Shown: positions 19,041 through 29,505 of the stretch, one piece after another
Numbering within the stretch: position 1 is the first letter of the stretch
How the letters are laid out: every line of letters begins with the position of its first letter
Source: a virus
Reading direction: 5' to 3' (one strand)
IMG/VR virus record: IMGVR_UViG_3300034980_000520
Span: 1 to 64,000 of that record
Length of the DNA: 64,000 nt
The notes under the pieces: model-generated
Told to the model about the DNA's origin: nothing
Databases searched by the model: none
What the model saw: only the letters and a program-made list of their open reading frames with translations
Position numbers and translations under genes: made by a program

Positions 19041-20267
19041 ATGTCTAATTTGCTTAGTGAAGCCATAGTCGATGCAAAAGCATTGAGAGATGCTGCGTTA
19101 AAAAACGCCGAAACGATTGTAATTGAGAAATATTCCACAGAAGTGAGAGATACCTTGGAGAAATTGCTAGAGCAGCCCGAAGCACCCCCACCTGTGGATC
19201 TCGATGCCGATATGGGCCCAGATTCAGAGGTACCCGTTGGAGGCGAAGAAGCCGCCATGCCACCAATGGAAGAGCCGCTCGATCCCATGGCAGAGACAGA
19301 AGAGCCAGCCGAAGAGATTTCGGAAGATGATATTCCGCTGGGAGCCACCAACGGCTTCGCGGATCTCGATGGCAAAAATTTGGGCTCATTCCCAGCAGAC
19401 GGACAAGATGTGGAACTTAACATCAACCTTGGCGCCCTTCAAGAGAGCGTCGACGAATTGACAGCAGCACTGCAAGAAGAAGAGGAATATGACATCTCTG
19501 AAGAGAACATTGCTGCGATGGTAGCAGAAACGCTAGGCGCCGCCACCAAGGAAGAGCTTGAAGAGGCAGCAACAGTTACTACCGCGCCCAGCGCCGGCAT
19601 TGCCGCAGCACAGCAAACGAAAGCTGAGGATGATGAATTTAAAGACTCTGATGACGGCGACTTGGCTGAAGGCGAAGATGAAGATCCCGAAGCTAAAAAC
19701 ACAGACATGGGTTCCCTTGTAGACGCGGTGATGGAAAGACTTACCGTAGACATGGGTGCTACTCTTTCGGGATGGGCGGGACGCTCATCTGAAAGCATGC
19801 GATGGGAGATTGAGAAAGCTCTCGCCCACCGACGTAGCACAGATGTCGATGAAGAATTAAAAGATTTGAAGAAAGCTCACGAAGAGTTGGTATTTGAAAA
19901 TAACCAACTCACCGAGCACAACAATAAATATAAGCAAGCAACAGTAGAGTTGAAGGAGAGTTTACATGATGTAAACCTTTCTAACGCTCGCTTGCTTTAT
20001 ACGAACCGAGTATTGAGAAATGCCTCCTTGAATGAGCGACAAAAAGATAAAATTGTCGAAGCTATTTCTGGCGCCGGTTCAGTAGCAGAAGCACGTACGA
20101 TATATGATACGCTTCAAAGCACAGTGGAGGCTGCCCCTAAGAGAAGTCCACAATCACTGAGCGAAGCAATTGGTCGTCGTTCTACTGTTCTAAGGGCTTC
20201 TCGTGAAGAGAAGCCTTCATCCGATCCGTTACAGGATAGGATGAAAAGACTAGCTGGAATAAAATAA
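19041..20267 (+). CDS. prohead core/scaffold protein (T4 gp22-like)
   Basis: Acidic, coiled-coil C-terminal half ending RMKRLAGIK, immediately upstream of the major capsid gene. Confidence 0.75.
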   Translation: MSNLLSEAIVDAKALRDAALKNAETIVIEKYSTEVRDTLEKLLEQPEAPPPVDLDADMGPDSEVPVGGEEAAMPPMEEPLDPMAETEEPAEEISEDDIPLGATNGFADLDGKNLGSFPADGQDVELNINLGALQESVDELTAALQEEEEYDISEENIAAMVAETLGAATKEELEEAATVTTAPSAGIAAAQQTKAEDDEFKDSDDGDLAEGEDEDPEAKNTDMGSLVDAVMERLTVDMGATLSGWAGRSSESMRWEIEKALAHRRSTDVDEELKDLKKAHEELVFENNQLTEHNNKYKQATVELKESLHDVNLSNARLLYTNRVLRNASLNERQKDKIVEAISGAGSVAEARTIYDTLQSTVEAAPKRSPQSLSEAIGRRSTVLRASREEKPSSDPLQDRMKRLAGIK

Positions 20268-20300
20268 TCATAATTTATAAAAAAAAGGAGGTGATTTAAA

Positions 20301-22103
20301 ATGTCTAGTATTATCGAAAGATTGACCGAAGGAGTTGTCAATCGTGATATGCGCGCCGAAGGCTCAGCTCTTCTTTCTAAATGGGAGAAGACTGGTTTGT
20401 TGGAGGGTCTTACCAAGGATCGTTCAAGAACTGCCATGGCTCGCTTGCTTGAAAACCAAGCAAAAGAACTGCTTCGCGAGAGCAGCAGCATGAGCGCTGG
20501 TGATGTTGAGGGCTTTGCAGCCGTCGCGTTCCCCATCGTACGTCGTGTATTCGCAGGCTTGATCGCAAACGATCTTGTCTCTGTTCAGCCCATGAGCTTA
20601 CCCTCGGGTCTGATTTTCTTCCTCGACTTCGTGTTCTCACCGAACATCGGAGCTAGCGGAACTCAGACTGGTAGATTTGGTAACGAACCTAACCAGTCCA
20701 TCTATGGTGGTGATAAGGTTGGTTCTGCTCTTACCGGCGGATTGGATCTTGTCGGCTCTAAGGGACAGGATCTTTCTGGTCCTCGTACCGTAGGCGCCCG
20801 TGGTTATGCATATGCATCCCCAAGTGGCTCTTGCGCAGTTTCGAGTTCTCAGATTACTGCTTCTGGTTGGCTTGTCGGTAACGAAACAGCCGCTCAGAAG
20901 AAGTTGATCCAATACGATCCGGATCTTGAATCTCTCAGTGGTTCTTCTACTGCTGTATACGTGCTTCGTCTTGTTCTTGAGAAAGAGCAGGTTAATAGCG
21001 CTGCAACCGGCGATGGAACTCAAATTGATTATCTCAACTTGGGTGCTGTTTCCGCTTCGATCGGCTCTATCAACTCAATGACTAGTCTCACTCTTACGTC
21101 GGCTGACACTGCTCAGTTACGTCGCTTGACTCAGGCTACAGAGGGCGTTGATCGTGATAGTGGTACTCTTTCACTGTACTTCACTACTACTGTTGACACA
21201 ACTTCAGTTGCCACCACTGCTGGTAGACTTACTGCAAGTTTCCCAATTATCGATGATATCGCTGCTGGCGGTGCTGTCGGTGCTGTTACCGGTCAAGAAG
21301 TGTGGGGCTTGGAAGGAAATGCTGACATCCCAGAGATCGACATCAAAGTCGATTCAGTGGCTGTCACCGCTCAAACCAAGAAGCTCAAGGCTAAGTGGAC
21401 TCCGGAGTTAGGGCAAGATCTTAACGCCTACCACAACCTTGATGCAGAGGTTGAGTTGACAAGTATCCTTTCGGAGCAAATCGCTCTTGAAATCGATCGT
21501 GAGATCCTTGCGGATCTCGTCAATGGTGCAACTGCTAGTACTTACTACTGGTCACGTTCCCCCGGTCTCTTCGTGAACCGTACAACTGGTGCTGAAATCG
21601 GCGCTAGCTCTGCGGCTCCCGACTTCACTGGTACCGTGTCTGAGTGGTATGAGACTCTTGCAGAAACCATCAATGATGTATCTGCTCAAATTCACCGCAA
21701 GACTCTTCGTGGTGGTGCCAACTTCATCGTCTGTGGACCAGAAGTTGCCAACATCCTTGAGTTCACCGCTGGATTCCGTGCCTCCGTCACACATGATGAC
21801 GAGGTTGGTTCCGTTGGTGCTGTTAAGGTGGGTTCGATGAGTAAGAAGTTCGACGTTATCGTTGATCCTTACTTCCTGCGCAACGTGGTTCTCGTTGGAC
21901 GTCGCGGTTCCTCTTTCCTTGAAAGCGGATACGTGTACGCACCATACGTACCACTGCAGACTACACCAACAATCTTCGGTGTCGAAGACTTCGTGCCTCG
22001 CAAGGGTGTGATGACTCGCTACGCCAAGAAGATGGTTCGTCCAGATATGTACGGATTGGTTGTGGTTCAGGGCATTATCGGTCAAGCCGGCGCAACTAGC
22101 TAA
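20301..22103 (+). CDS. major capsid protein (T4 gp23-like)
   Basis: LLENQ, VSVQPMSLPSGLIF, TKKLKAKWTPELGQDLNAYH, EIDREI, YAPYVPL, KGVMTRY motifs; AAGGAGGT RBS. Confidence 0.97.
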   Translation: MSSIIERLTEGVVNRDMRAEGSALLSKWEKTGLLEGLTKDRSRTAMARLLENQAKELLRESSSMSAGDVEGFAAVAFPIVRRVFAGLIANDLVSVQPMSLPSGLIFFLDFVFSPNIGASGTQTGRFGNEPNQSIYGGDKVGSALTGGLDLVGSKGQDLSGPRTVGARGYAYASPSGSCAVSSSQITASGWLVGNETAAQKKLIQYDPDLESLSGSSTAVYVLRLVLEKEQVNSAATGDGTQIDYLNLGAVSASIGSINSMTSLTLTSADTAQLRRLTQATEGVDRDSGTLSLYFTTTVDTTSVATTAGRLTASFPIIDDIAAGGAVGAVTGQEVWGLEGNADIPEIDIKVDSVAVTAQTKKLKAKWTPELGQDLNAYHNLDAEVELTSILSEQIALEIDREILADLVNGATASTYYWSRSPGLFVNRTTGAEIGASSAAPDFTGTVSEWYETLAETINDVSAQIHRKTLRGGANFIVCGPEVANILEFTAGFRASVTHDDEVGSVGAVKVGSMSKKFDVIVDPYFLRNVVLVGRRGSSFLESGYVYAPYVPLQTTPTIFGVEDFVPRKGVMTRYAKKMVRPDMYGLVVVQGIIGQAGATS

Positions 22104-22128
22104 ACACTAGAAACGTAATGCACAGTGT

Positions 22129-22155
22129 AAAGCCTCCGTTTTTAACGGGGGCTTT
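22129..22155 (+). terminator. terminator after major capsid gene
   Basis: AAAGCCTCCGTT-ttt-AACGGGGGCTTT hairpin. Confidence 0.8.
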
Positions 22156-22241
22156 CCTGTATCTAAGAGCTACTTATATGCGAGGAGAGAAATCTCTTCG
22201 TTAATTGACCTAATTAATATTTATATAAGGAGAAATATATT

Positions 22242-22748
22242 ATGGGAACCAAAAGAGTAGGTTGGGCACGAATTCGTAGCCTGATTAACGAAAATCAAAA
22301 TCAACTTAAGACACGAAACGATCAAATTAAAGCGGTGTCTTCCGCTACCACTTTAACCGCTGATGATTCCGGCGCAACTATTTACTGGACACACAGTACA
22401 TCGAATCATGACATTACACTTCCGGCCGCTAAAGTTGGCTTGAACTTCAAGTTTGTCATTGCTGAAGGGTTTGCTAAGAATCACCACATTACTTGTGCTG
22501 GTTCAGACGAGGTTTTTGGAAAGGTGACGGTTACTTCTACAACGGCAGATAAAACCGACACACAAACCGAGGACAAAGACACAAGCAATTTTACTGAACT
22601 AAGACTTCATTCATCCGGGAACACCCTAGGCGGCGGCTCGGGCGATGTCATCGACATGGTTTGTGTTGAAGACGGCTACTGGCTCGTTAGCGCAGTGCTC
22701 CACACCACCGGTACTGCTCCGGCAGCAACTGTGGTAATGCAGGCTTGA
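22242..22748 (+). CDS. putative capsid decoration protein
   Basis: TLTADDSG...ITLPAAKVGLNFKFVI...GYWLV resembles the C-terminal domain of the fibre paralogs; follows MCP; AAGGAG RBS. Confidence 0.55.
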   Translation: MGTKRVGWARIRSLINENQNQLKTRNDQIKAVSSATTLTADDSGATIYWTHSTSNHDITLPAAKVGLNFKFVIAEGFAKNHHITCAGSDEVFGKVTVTSTTADKTDTQTEDKDTSNFTELRLHSSGNTLGGGSGDVIDMVCVEDGYWLVSAVLHTTGTAPAATVVMQA

Positions 22749-22790
22749 TGTGATCGCATAGACTGTTTTTAGAAAAATATAACTTTATTT

Positions 22791-22822
22791 CCCCCCCTCT
22801 CCTTTTGGATTGGGGGGTTTTT
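22791..22822 (+). terminator. probable terminator
   Basis: C-run/TCC-tttt-GGA/G-run hairpin followed by T5. Confidence 0.65.
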
Positions 22823-22924
22823 CTTGAAAATGTCGATCCCCCCAAAAATACCGCCCGCAATTTTTTGAGATTTTTGCACCCGCGATTACTATTTACTGTT
22901 GAACTAAACACATAGGAGTTCCAA

Positions 22925-23305
22925 ATGGGAAAGAAAAGAAGAATGCTGTCAGCAACTAAGAAGTTTGCTAAAAAGCACAGCCAACACCCTCGAATGAGAA
23001 TGTTAAACAGCAGAAACACCGCGACAACAACCGCACCAGTGGAGGAAGTAGTCCTGAGCACCCCTGAGCCTGTTAAGCTGGCGCCAGAACCTACCACTAC
23101 GCCTGCTACCCCAATAATGGCGCCCAAAGCCACACCAGCGCCTGCAGCGACAGTTTCAGAAACCATAGAGGCTAAAGCCGCTACAATTACCCCGAAGAAG
23201 ACAAAACTGAAGGCTCCAAAGAAAGCGGCTCCCAAAACAGCCAAAAAAACGTCAACACGACGACGCAAAACAACCAAAAAGAAAACCAATAACGCAACTG
23301 CATAA
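22925..23305 (+). CDS. Lys/Thr/Ala/Pro-rich basic protein (histone H1-like composition)
   Basis: KAPKKAAPKTAKKTSTRRRKTTKKK tail; AGGAG RBS; CTATTTA upstream. Confidence 0.65.
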   Translation: MGKKRRMLSATKKFAKKHSQHPRMRMLNSRNTATTTAPVEEVVLSTPEPVKLAPEPTTTPATPIMAPKATPAPAATVSETIEAKAATITPKKTKLKAPKKAAPKTAKKTSTRRRKTTKKKTNNATA

Positions 23306-23373
23306 AATAAACGTTTTCATGCATTGAGTTTTGCAGCGCTCTTTACTATTTAATGGGAGAGGGAATTTCTTTA

Positions 23374-24642
23374 ATGCCAACTAATCTTAGCCCAAAATCA
23401 ACAACAAGCGCCGTCATACTCACATCCACAGGCTCCGCAGCCAATGTGGGAACTGCTGTTCCGTTTGGTATTTATACCGGATCTGTTGATTTCTTAAGCG
23501 GCGCCTCGCTGCAAGTTAATTACGTTTACAAGAAACTTGGTGGCGACGTCGTTGACATTGAATTAACGCCCGCAAACGTATATTCGGCTTATGAAGAAGC
23601 GGTATTAGAATATTCTTATATTATTAATCTGCACCAAAGCAAGAATGCGCTTGGTGATTCACTGGGCGATGTTACCGGTACGTTTAACCACAAGGGTGAG
23701 CTATTAACGGGCCCGACAGGCTCGAATCTAAGATTCCCGAGGTTTCAGGTATCATATGCTCAGCGTGTGGGAGATGGACTGTCAACCAAATCAGGCTTTG
23801 GTGGCACCACTACAATATACTCAGGATCTTTTACGCCAGATGAGAACACTCAAGACTATGATTTGCAGTCTATTATTGAAGCGGCATCGAGCACGGGCAC
23901 AGATGAGTCAGGAAATTCGGTGCCCTTTTCGGGCTCTGTGGGTTCTAAGAGAATCTTCGTAACGAAGGTGTTTTTCAAGACGCCACGCGCTATGTGGCGT
24001 TTCTACGGGTATTATGGAGGCATTGGTGTGGTGGGCAACCTGAGCACCTACGGACAGTTTGCAGACGATTCGACGTTTGAGTTAATTCCAACGTGGCAGA
24101 ATAAATTACAGGCGATTATGTATGAAGATTCTATCTATACACGAACATCGCACTATTCCTATGAGTTAAAGAACAATAAGTTGAGATTGTTTCCCAATCC
24201 GATGAACTTTCCTTATGAAAATAATGAAGTTTGGTTCAATTTTTATATTAAGCAAGATGCAACCGCCGATGAAGCCGGATATGACGATGGGGTTCGCGGA
24301 ATTAACAACATGAATACGCTGCCCTATGACAATTTGCCCTATAATAGTATCAACTCGATTGGTAAACAGTGGATCCGCAAATACGCTCTTGCACTGTGCA
24401 AAGAGATGCTTGGGCAAATCCGTGGAAAATTTACTACTATTCCAATTCCCGGCGATACTGTCACCTTAAATCATAGCGAGTTGCTAACTCAAGCAAAAGC
24501 AGAACAACAAGATCTGAGAGATAAACTTAAAGAAATGCTTCAGGGGATGGAATATCACGAACTGGTTAAGATATCTGCACAGAAGGCAGACTCAACGGCT
24601 AAAACGTTTGTATTTTCTCCTGTGCCAATATTCGTGGGGTAA
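23374..24642 (+). CDS. neck/head-tail adaptor protein (T4 gp13-like)
   Basis: LGGDVVDIELT and QWIRKYALALCKEMLGQIRGKF...LN motifs. Confidence 0.8.
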   Translation: MPTNLSPKSTTSAVILTSTGSAANVGTAVPFGIYTGSVDFLSGASLQVNYVYKKLGGDVVDIELTPANVYSAYEEAVLEYSYIINLHQSKNALGDSLGDVTGTFNHKGELLTGPTGSNLRFPRFQVSYAQRVGDGLSTKSGFGGTTTIYSGSFTPDENTQDYDLQSIIEAASSTGTDESGNSVPFSGSVGSKRIFVTKVFFKTPRAMWRFYGYYGGIGVVGNLSTYGQFADDSTFELIPTWQNKLQAIMYEDSIYTRTSHYSYELKNNKLRLFPNPMNFPYENNEVWFNFYIKQDATADEAGYDDGVRGINNMNTLPYDNLPYNSINSIGKQWIRKYALALCKEMLGQIRGKFTTIPIPGDTVTLNHSELLTQAKAEQQDLRDKLKEMLQGMEYHELVKISAQKADSTAKTFVFSPVPIFVG

Positions 24643-24647
24643 TTTAG

Positions 24648-25136
24648 ATGGGAAATGAATGGAAAAGACCAGAACAGCCGCCACCACCGCTCTTCTTAGG
24701 TAAAAAAGAACGAGATCTTGTAAAGCAAGTCAACGATGAGTTGGTTGAGAATGTCATTGGGCAGGCAATCCTCTATTATCCAATTGATATGGATCGTACT
24801 AATTTTCATGACATGTATGGAGAAGCAGTCGAGAAAACCTACCTTTCTCCTATTCGCGTATACGCTTTAATTAAATTTGACGAAGAAGCAACAAGTTATA
24901 TGGAAGGAATGGGCATCGATGCAGATTCAGTAATCACCGTTAACTTTCATCGTCGACGACTCACCGAAGATCAAGATTTATATGTCCGTGAGGGTGACTT
25001 TATTTTATATGGTAAAACATATTACGAGATAGTTAAGTTATCGGAGCCAAGAAAGTTGTTCGGACAAGTCAACCACACGTTTGAAATTACAGCAATCTGC
25101 AAGCGCGCCAGAAAGGGGTTATTCGATGCTTCCTGA
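24648..25136 (+). CDS. neck/head closure protein (T4 gp14-like)
   Basis: GQAILYYP, MYGEA, REGDFI motifs; synteny. Confidence 0.7.
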   Translation: MGNEWKRPEQPPPPLFLGKKERDLVKQVNDELVENVIGQAILYYPIDMDRTNFHDMYGEAVEKTYLSPIRVYALIKFDEEATSYMEGMGIDADSVITVNFHRRRLTEDQDLYVREGDFILYGKTYYEIVKLSEPRKLFGQVNHTFEITAICKRARKGLFDAS

Positions 25137-26010
25137 TAATTTTGATTTTGCAATGCTGCCGGACGTTGCCCACACTGGCTCAGCCACTCTCCAAGAAATT
25201 GGAATGCTTGCTTCTACTTTGGAGAATATTGATTATTCCCTTACATCATGGGTTAAGGAAGATCTGGCACTAACTGCGCGCACCAATGAGGGTAGGATCA
25301 CTGTTCCCGTGCTATGGCAGGCACCAGAACGAGCATACCAAGTGAAAAACTCTAAAGAACTTCGAGATCAGCAGGGTTCGCTAAAATTACCCCTTATAAG
25401 TATTGAGCGCACCGGACTCGTTAAGAATCCGGAACATAAGGGAGCTTATCAGGCTCAGACATATTCCAACGACAGAGACGGTAGAACAGGAAGAATTGTG
25501 ATCGCACGCCGAATCGTTCAAGACAAAACACGTAATTTTGCGGCTGCCGAGGCAATGAGACAGCTTCCAAAAGCTACCAGTTTTCAAAAATATTACCCAC
25601 GTGTTAACAAAAAGATCGTGATCCAAACACTCTCCATTCCCATCCCAATATATGTGGATGTGAATTATAAGATCATGATCAAATCAGAATACCAACAACA
25701 AATGAATGATCTTGTAGCGCCCTTTATTGGAAGAACAGGACAAATTAACTCTTTTGTAATGAGACGCAACGGGCACTTATACGAAGCGTTTATAGATCAA
25801 AACTTTACACACACTAATAATGTCGCTGCTTTGAACGAAGATATTCGCATGTTTGCGACAGAAATCAGCATCCGCGTACTTGGCTATCTTATCGGCGAAG
25901 GCAACAACGACGATCGTAAAATTGTTAAGATCGAAGAAAACGCAGTAGAGGTGACATTTCCTAGGGAGTCTATACCGATGCCCGGCGATCCCGGCTTCAT
26001 CGAAGATTAG
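25126..26010 (+). CDS. tail terminator/sheath stabilizer (T4 gp15-like)
   Basis: LPLISIER, PIYVDVNY..IKSEYQQQMN motifs; between neck and sheath. Confidence 0.65.
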   Translation: MLPDNFDFAMLPDVAHTGSATLQEIGMLASTLENIDYSLTSWVKEDLALTARTNEGRITVPVLWQAPERAYQVKNSKELRDQQGSLKLPLISIERTGLVKNPEHKGAYQAQTYSNDRDGRTGRIVIARRIVQDKTRNFAAAEAMRQLPKATSFQKYYPRVNKKIVIQTLSIPIPIYVDVNYKIMIKSEYQQQMNDLVAPFIGRTGQINSFVMRRNGHLYEAFIDQNFTHTNNVAALNEDIRMFATEISIRVLGYLIGEGNNDDRKIVKIEENAVEVTFPRESIPMPGDPGFIED

Positions 26011-26066
26011 TTCCTGAAGTGCACTCATTTTCTTTAATACGTTGAAGACTTTTGAAAATGCGTTAA

Positions 26067-26073
26067 CTATTTA
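26067..26073 (+). promoter_or_regulatory. putative late promoter CTATTTA before tail sheath
   Basis: Recurring CTANTTA motif. Confidence 0.65.
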
Positions 26074-26128
26074 TTGATGATTAACCTATGATTTTTCGAA
26101 ATTATAACACTAAGAGGATATAGTAAAG

Positions 26129-29100
26129 ATGTCAGTTAAAAACTTTAAGTTCGTATCTCCCGGAGTATTCATCAATGAGATTGATAACTCGTTTATTCCG
26201 CAATCGCCAGATGCAATTGGACCCGTCGTAATCGGCCGCTCTAGAAAGGGCAAGGCAATGGAGCCTGTAAAAATCGAGTCCTACTCTGATTTTGTAAACG
26301 CTTTCGGAGATACCGTACCCGGCTTCGGCGGCGGCGATATTTACCGCGCCGGAAACCTTCAATCCCCAATGTACGGCACATATGCCGCAAAAGCGTTCCT
26401 GAACTCAAATGTAGCGCCTCTTACCTACATTCGACTTCTCGGACAACAGACATCTGTAGGTTCGGCCGCCGGCGGTGATGCTGCCGCAGGCTGGAAGGCT
26501 TCTGGCTCTGCCCCCACCGTGCAAGCTGGAGGTGTTGGAAACAACACAAACGCCGGCGCCTTTGGAATGTTCCTCTTCACGAATACCGGCGAAACAGTCG
26601 CAACAGGCTCCATTGACTTTACATCTATGGGTAATGTTGCCGCAACCACTGCATCAATATTCACAATCGTAAGCACCGATGGGACAAGTAAAACTTACGT
26701 AGCAAAATCAGGCTCTACCGCCGGCGCTCTCGATAACGGGAACGTATCGTTTAACTTTATTGAAAACGCAGCCGCCGGCGCCTCCAGATACTACGCAATG
26801 ACACAGTTGTCATCAGCAATTAACTCAGCTAATGGTCACAATGCAGGATCAGCCGGCTCAAAGATTAAACTTAACGCAACCGCAACGGGATCGGCACCAG
26901 TGCTGTCCCTCATACAAGCTGTGGGAGGTACCGACGGAAACGTTGAAATCACGGGCAACGCCGCCGCAAAATCGAGCGGTATTGTTTCCGGCGGTTTTGG
27001 CGGCGGCTCAGGAGAGCCTGCCATCGGAACTGGTTCACTAGCAGCAGTCTGGTATCTCCAAAACGGTGTGGTTCAACTTAGTGGAACCCTTTGGGGCGGT
27101 AGTAGTACCACTGTCACTGCTTCTAATGCAGCATTCATCACGTCAGATTCCTCCGGAAACTATAAGATGCTTATTTCAGGCTCCGCCCAAGGTTCGCAAA
27201 CGTTTACCTTCAACTTTAACGATAACAGCGAAAACTTCATTCGCAACCAGTTTAACACGAACCCGCAGCTAAAGAGTGGAAACGAAAAGACGTTTTATCC
27301 CGCTGCCACACAAGTTGATTACTGGCTCGGTGAGACATACGAACAACACGTCAGAAACGATGGGCTTGCTGCCTCTACGTCTAGTGTCGGTATCATTGTT
27401 GCGCTAGGTTCCGGCTCAGCCGGCTCCACCCAAAACTGGGGTAATATGAAGAAGCAGGCTTCACGCGAAGCTGTTGCTGGATGGTTCATCGCACAGGATA
27501 CCGGCGTAGCTACCTCCTATAACCCAGCTAATCAACAAAAGCTTTTCCGACTTGTTGGAAGCGGACACGGTGAGTGGTTGCACAAGAATCTCAAGGTTTC
27601 GATCGAAAGAGTGCGCCAATCCAATACGAACACGAACCCTTACGGTAGTTTCTCGGTGGTACTTAGAAATATTCTAGACACAGATACCGCCGTCGAGGTA
27701 GTTGAAAGATTCGATAATCTTAACTTGGACCCCACATCCCCCGATTTCATCGCCCGCAAGATTGGCGACAGATACTCTCAATGGGATACTACCAACCGTC
27801 GCTTGCGCTACTACGGAGAATATGCCAACAAGTCTAGATTCATTCGTGTAGAGATGAACCCTGACGTCGAAGCAGGAGCAACTGATCCTTCACTGCTTCC
27901 CTTCGGCTACTATGGACCCCCTGCACCTCGCGATATTATCGATGTCACTGGAAGGACAGAGCAATCGGCCGAAAAGCTTAAAGACAGATATATCGCGTAT
28001 AGTGGCTCATACGCCGGCGGCTTCGGTGTCAGCAATGATTATCAGTTGCTTAGCGGATTGGCGGATCCTGACGAAGTAACCGGCTCGTTCAAGTTCCCGA
28101 CAGATCTTCTCCGCTCTTCTAGCACAGATGGTGGTTTAACTCAACCTACCAATGCATACTTCGGCTGGCGCACAACACGCACGGCAACGTCCAACACACC
28201 GGACGCCAGCGTGGCAGATCCACATCGCCTCCTGTTCCCAGATTTCCCGGATGATCCTACCACCGGTGGGAGCGCGACTGCAGCAGGCCGCGGCGTTACC
28301 CCTTACACCTACATCTTCAGTCTTGATAATGTTAAGAAGGACGGGGATGATATCTACATCTATGTGTCGGGTTCACGCACAAACGACATTTCAGTCACTG
28401 CTGGCGGAACCTATAAGACGCTTCTTGATGCCAACTACAACCGATTCACTGCACCGTTCTGGGGTGGTTTCGATGGCTGGGATATCACGAAGCCCGATCC
28501 CGTGGCTAACTCGCTTATGAGTTCTACGTCTACCGAAGACAATGATTATGTATATCACACAATTCGTCGCACACTGGAAACAGTATCGGATGTTGGGCTT
28601 CTGGACTTCAACTTGCTGTCAATGCCCGGTTTGACTACCGATGCGCTGACGCAATACATGATGGAAGTTTGCCAAGATCGCGCTGATGCCATGGCACTTC
28701 TGGACTTGAGCAGCGTATATACTCCTCCGCACGAAGAGTACTTAGCAAAGACGGCTAGAGCCAACAAGAATGTTGTCACAACCGCTAATGCACTCAAGGA
28801 TAGAAGGCTCGATAGCTCCTATGGCGCCACATTCTACCCATGGGTTCAGACTAGAGACGCGAACACCGGACAACTTGTCTGGATTCCGCCATCCGTCGCC
28901 ATGATGGGTGTTCTGGGCTCTTCTGAGTCTAAGTCTGCCGTCTGGTTCGCTCCCGCCGGCTTCAACCGCGGAGGACTTACTGAAGGCGCCGCTGGAATTC
29001 CAATTACAAATGTTTCCGAGAGGCTTTCTTCTCGCGAGCGTGACACTCTCTATGATGCCCGAATTAACCCCATTGCCTCGTTCCCCTCAAGTGGAATCGT

Positions 29101-29461
29101 GGTATTTGGACAGAAGACTCTCCAAGAGCGTCCATCGGCACTCGACAGAATTAACGTCCGTCGACTTGTCATCTACTTGAAGAAGCAAATCTCCGTCCTT
29201 TCGACGCAGATTCTCTTCGAGCAAAATGTGCAAGCCACATGGGACAGATTTAAGGGACTTATTGAGCCATTCTTGGCAAACGTCAAGGTTCGGTTCGGTA
29301 TTACCGACTATCGCTTGATTTTGGATGAGAGCACAACAACCCCCGACTTGATTGATCAGAACATTCTTTATGCGAAGATTATGGTCAAGCCAGCAAGAGC
29401 AATTGAGTTCATCGCAATTGACTTTGTTATTGCATCGACTGGTGCATCTTTCGATGACTAA
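26129..29461 (+). CDS. contractile tail sheath protein (T4 gp18-like) with large insertions
   Basis: FVSPGVFINEID, WFAPAGFNRG, LYDARINPI, FGQKTLQ, DRINVRRL, KPARAIEFI motifs. Confidence 0.95.
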   Translation: MSVKNFKFVSPGVFINEIDNSFIPQSPDAIGPVVIGRSRKGKAMEPVKIESYSDFVNAFGDTVPGFGGGDIYRAGNLQSPMYGTYAAKAFLNSNVAPLTYIRLLGQQTSVGSAAGGDAAAGWKASGSAPTVQAGGVGNNTNAGAFGMFLFTNTGETVATGSIDFTSMGNVAATTASIFTIVSTDGTSKTYVAKSGSTAGALDNGNVSFNFIENAAAGASRYYAMTQLSSAINSANGHNAGSAGSKIKLNATATGSAPVLSLIQAVGGTDGNVEITGNAAAKSSGIVSGGFGGGSGEPAIGTGSLAAVWYLQNGVVQLSGTLWGGSSTTVTASNAAFITSDSSGNYKMLISGSAQGSQTFTFNFNDNSENFIRNQFNTNPQLKSGNEKTFYPAATQVDYWLGETYEQHVRNDGLAASTSSVGIIVALGSGSAGSTQNWGNMKKQASREAVAGWFIAQDTGVATSYNPANQQKLFRLVGSGHGEWLHKNLKVSIERVRQSNTNTNPYGSFSVVLRNILDTDTAVEVVERFDNLNLDPTSPDFIARKIGDRYSQWDTTNRRLRYYGEYANKSRFIRVEMNPDVEAGATDPSLLPFGYYGPPAPRDIIDVTGRTEQSAEKLKDRYIAYSGSYAGGFGVSNDYQLLSGLADPDEVTGSFKFPTDLLRSSSTDGGLTQPTNAYFGWRTTRTATSNTPDASVADPHRLLFPDFPDDPTTGGSATAAGRGVTPYTYIFSLDNVKKDGDDIYIYVSGSRTNDISVTAGGTYKTLLDANYNRFTAPFWGGFDGWDITKPDPVANSLMSSTSTEDNDYVYHTIRRTLETVSDVGLLDFNLLSMPGLTTDALTQYMMEVCQDRADAMALLDLSSVYTPPHEEYLAKTARANKNVVTTANALKDRRLDSSYGATFYPWVQTRDANTGQLVWIPPSVAMMGVLGSSESKSAVWFAPAGFNRGGLTEGAAGIPITNVSERLSSRERDTLYDARINPIASFPSSGIVVFGQKTLQERPSALDRINVRRLVIYLKKQISVLSTQILFEQNVQATWDRFKGLIEPFLANVKVRFGITDYRLILDESTTTPDLIDQNILYAKIMVKPARAIEFIAIDFVIASTGASFDD

Positions 29462-29505
29462 AATTAAAATTACAAACTAGTTAAATTCAAGGGAGAAAAC
29501 TAAAA

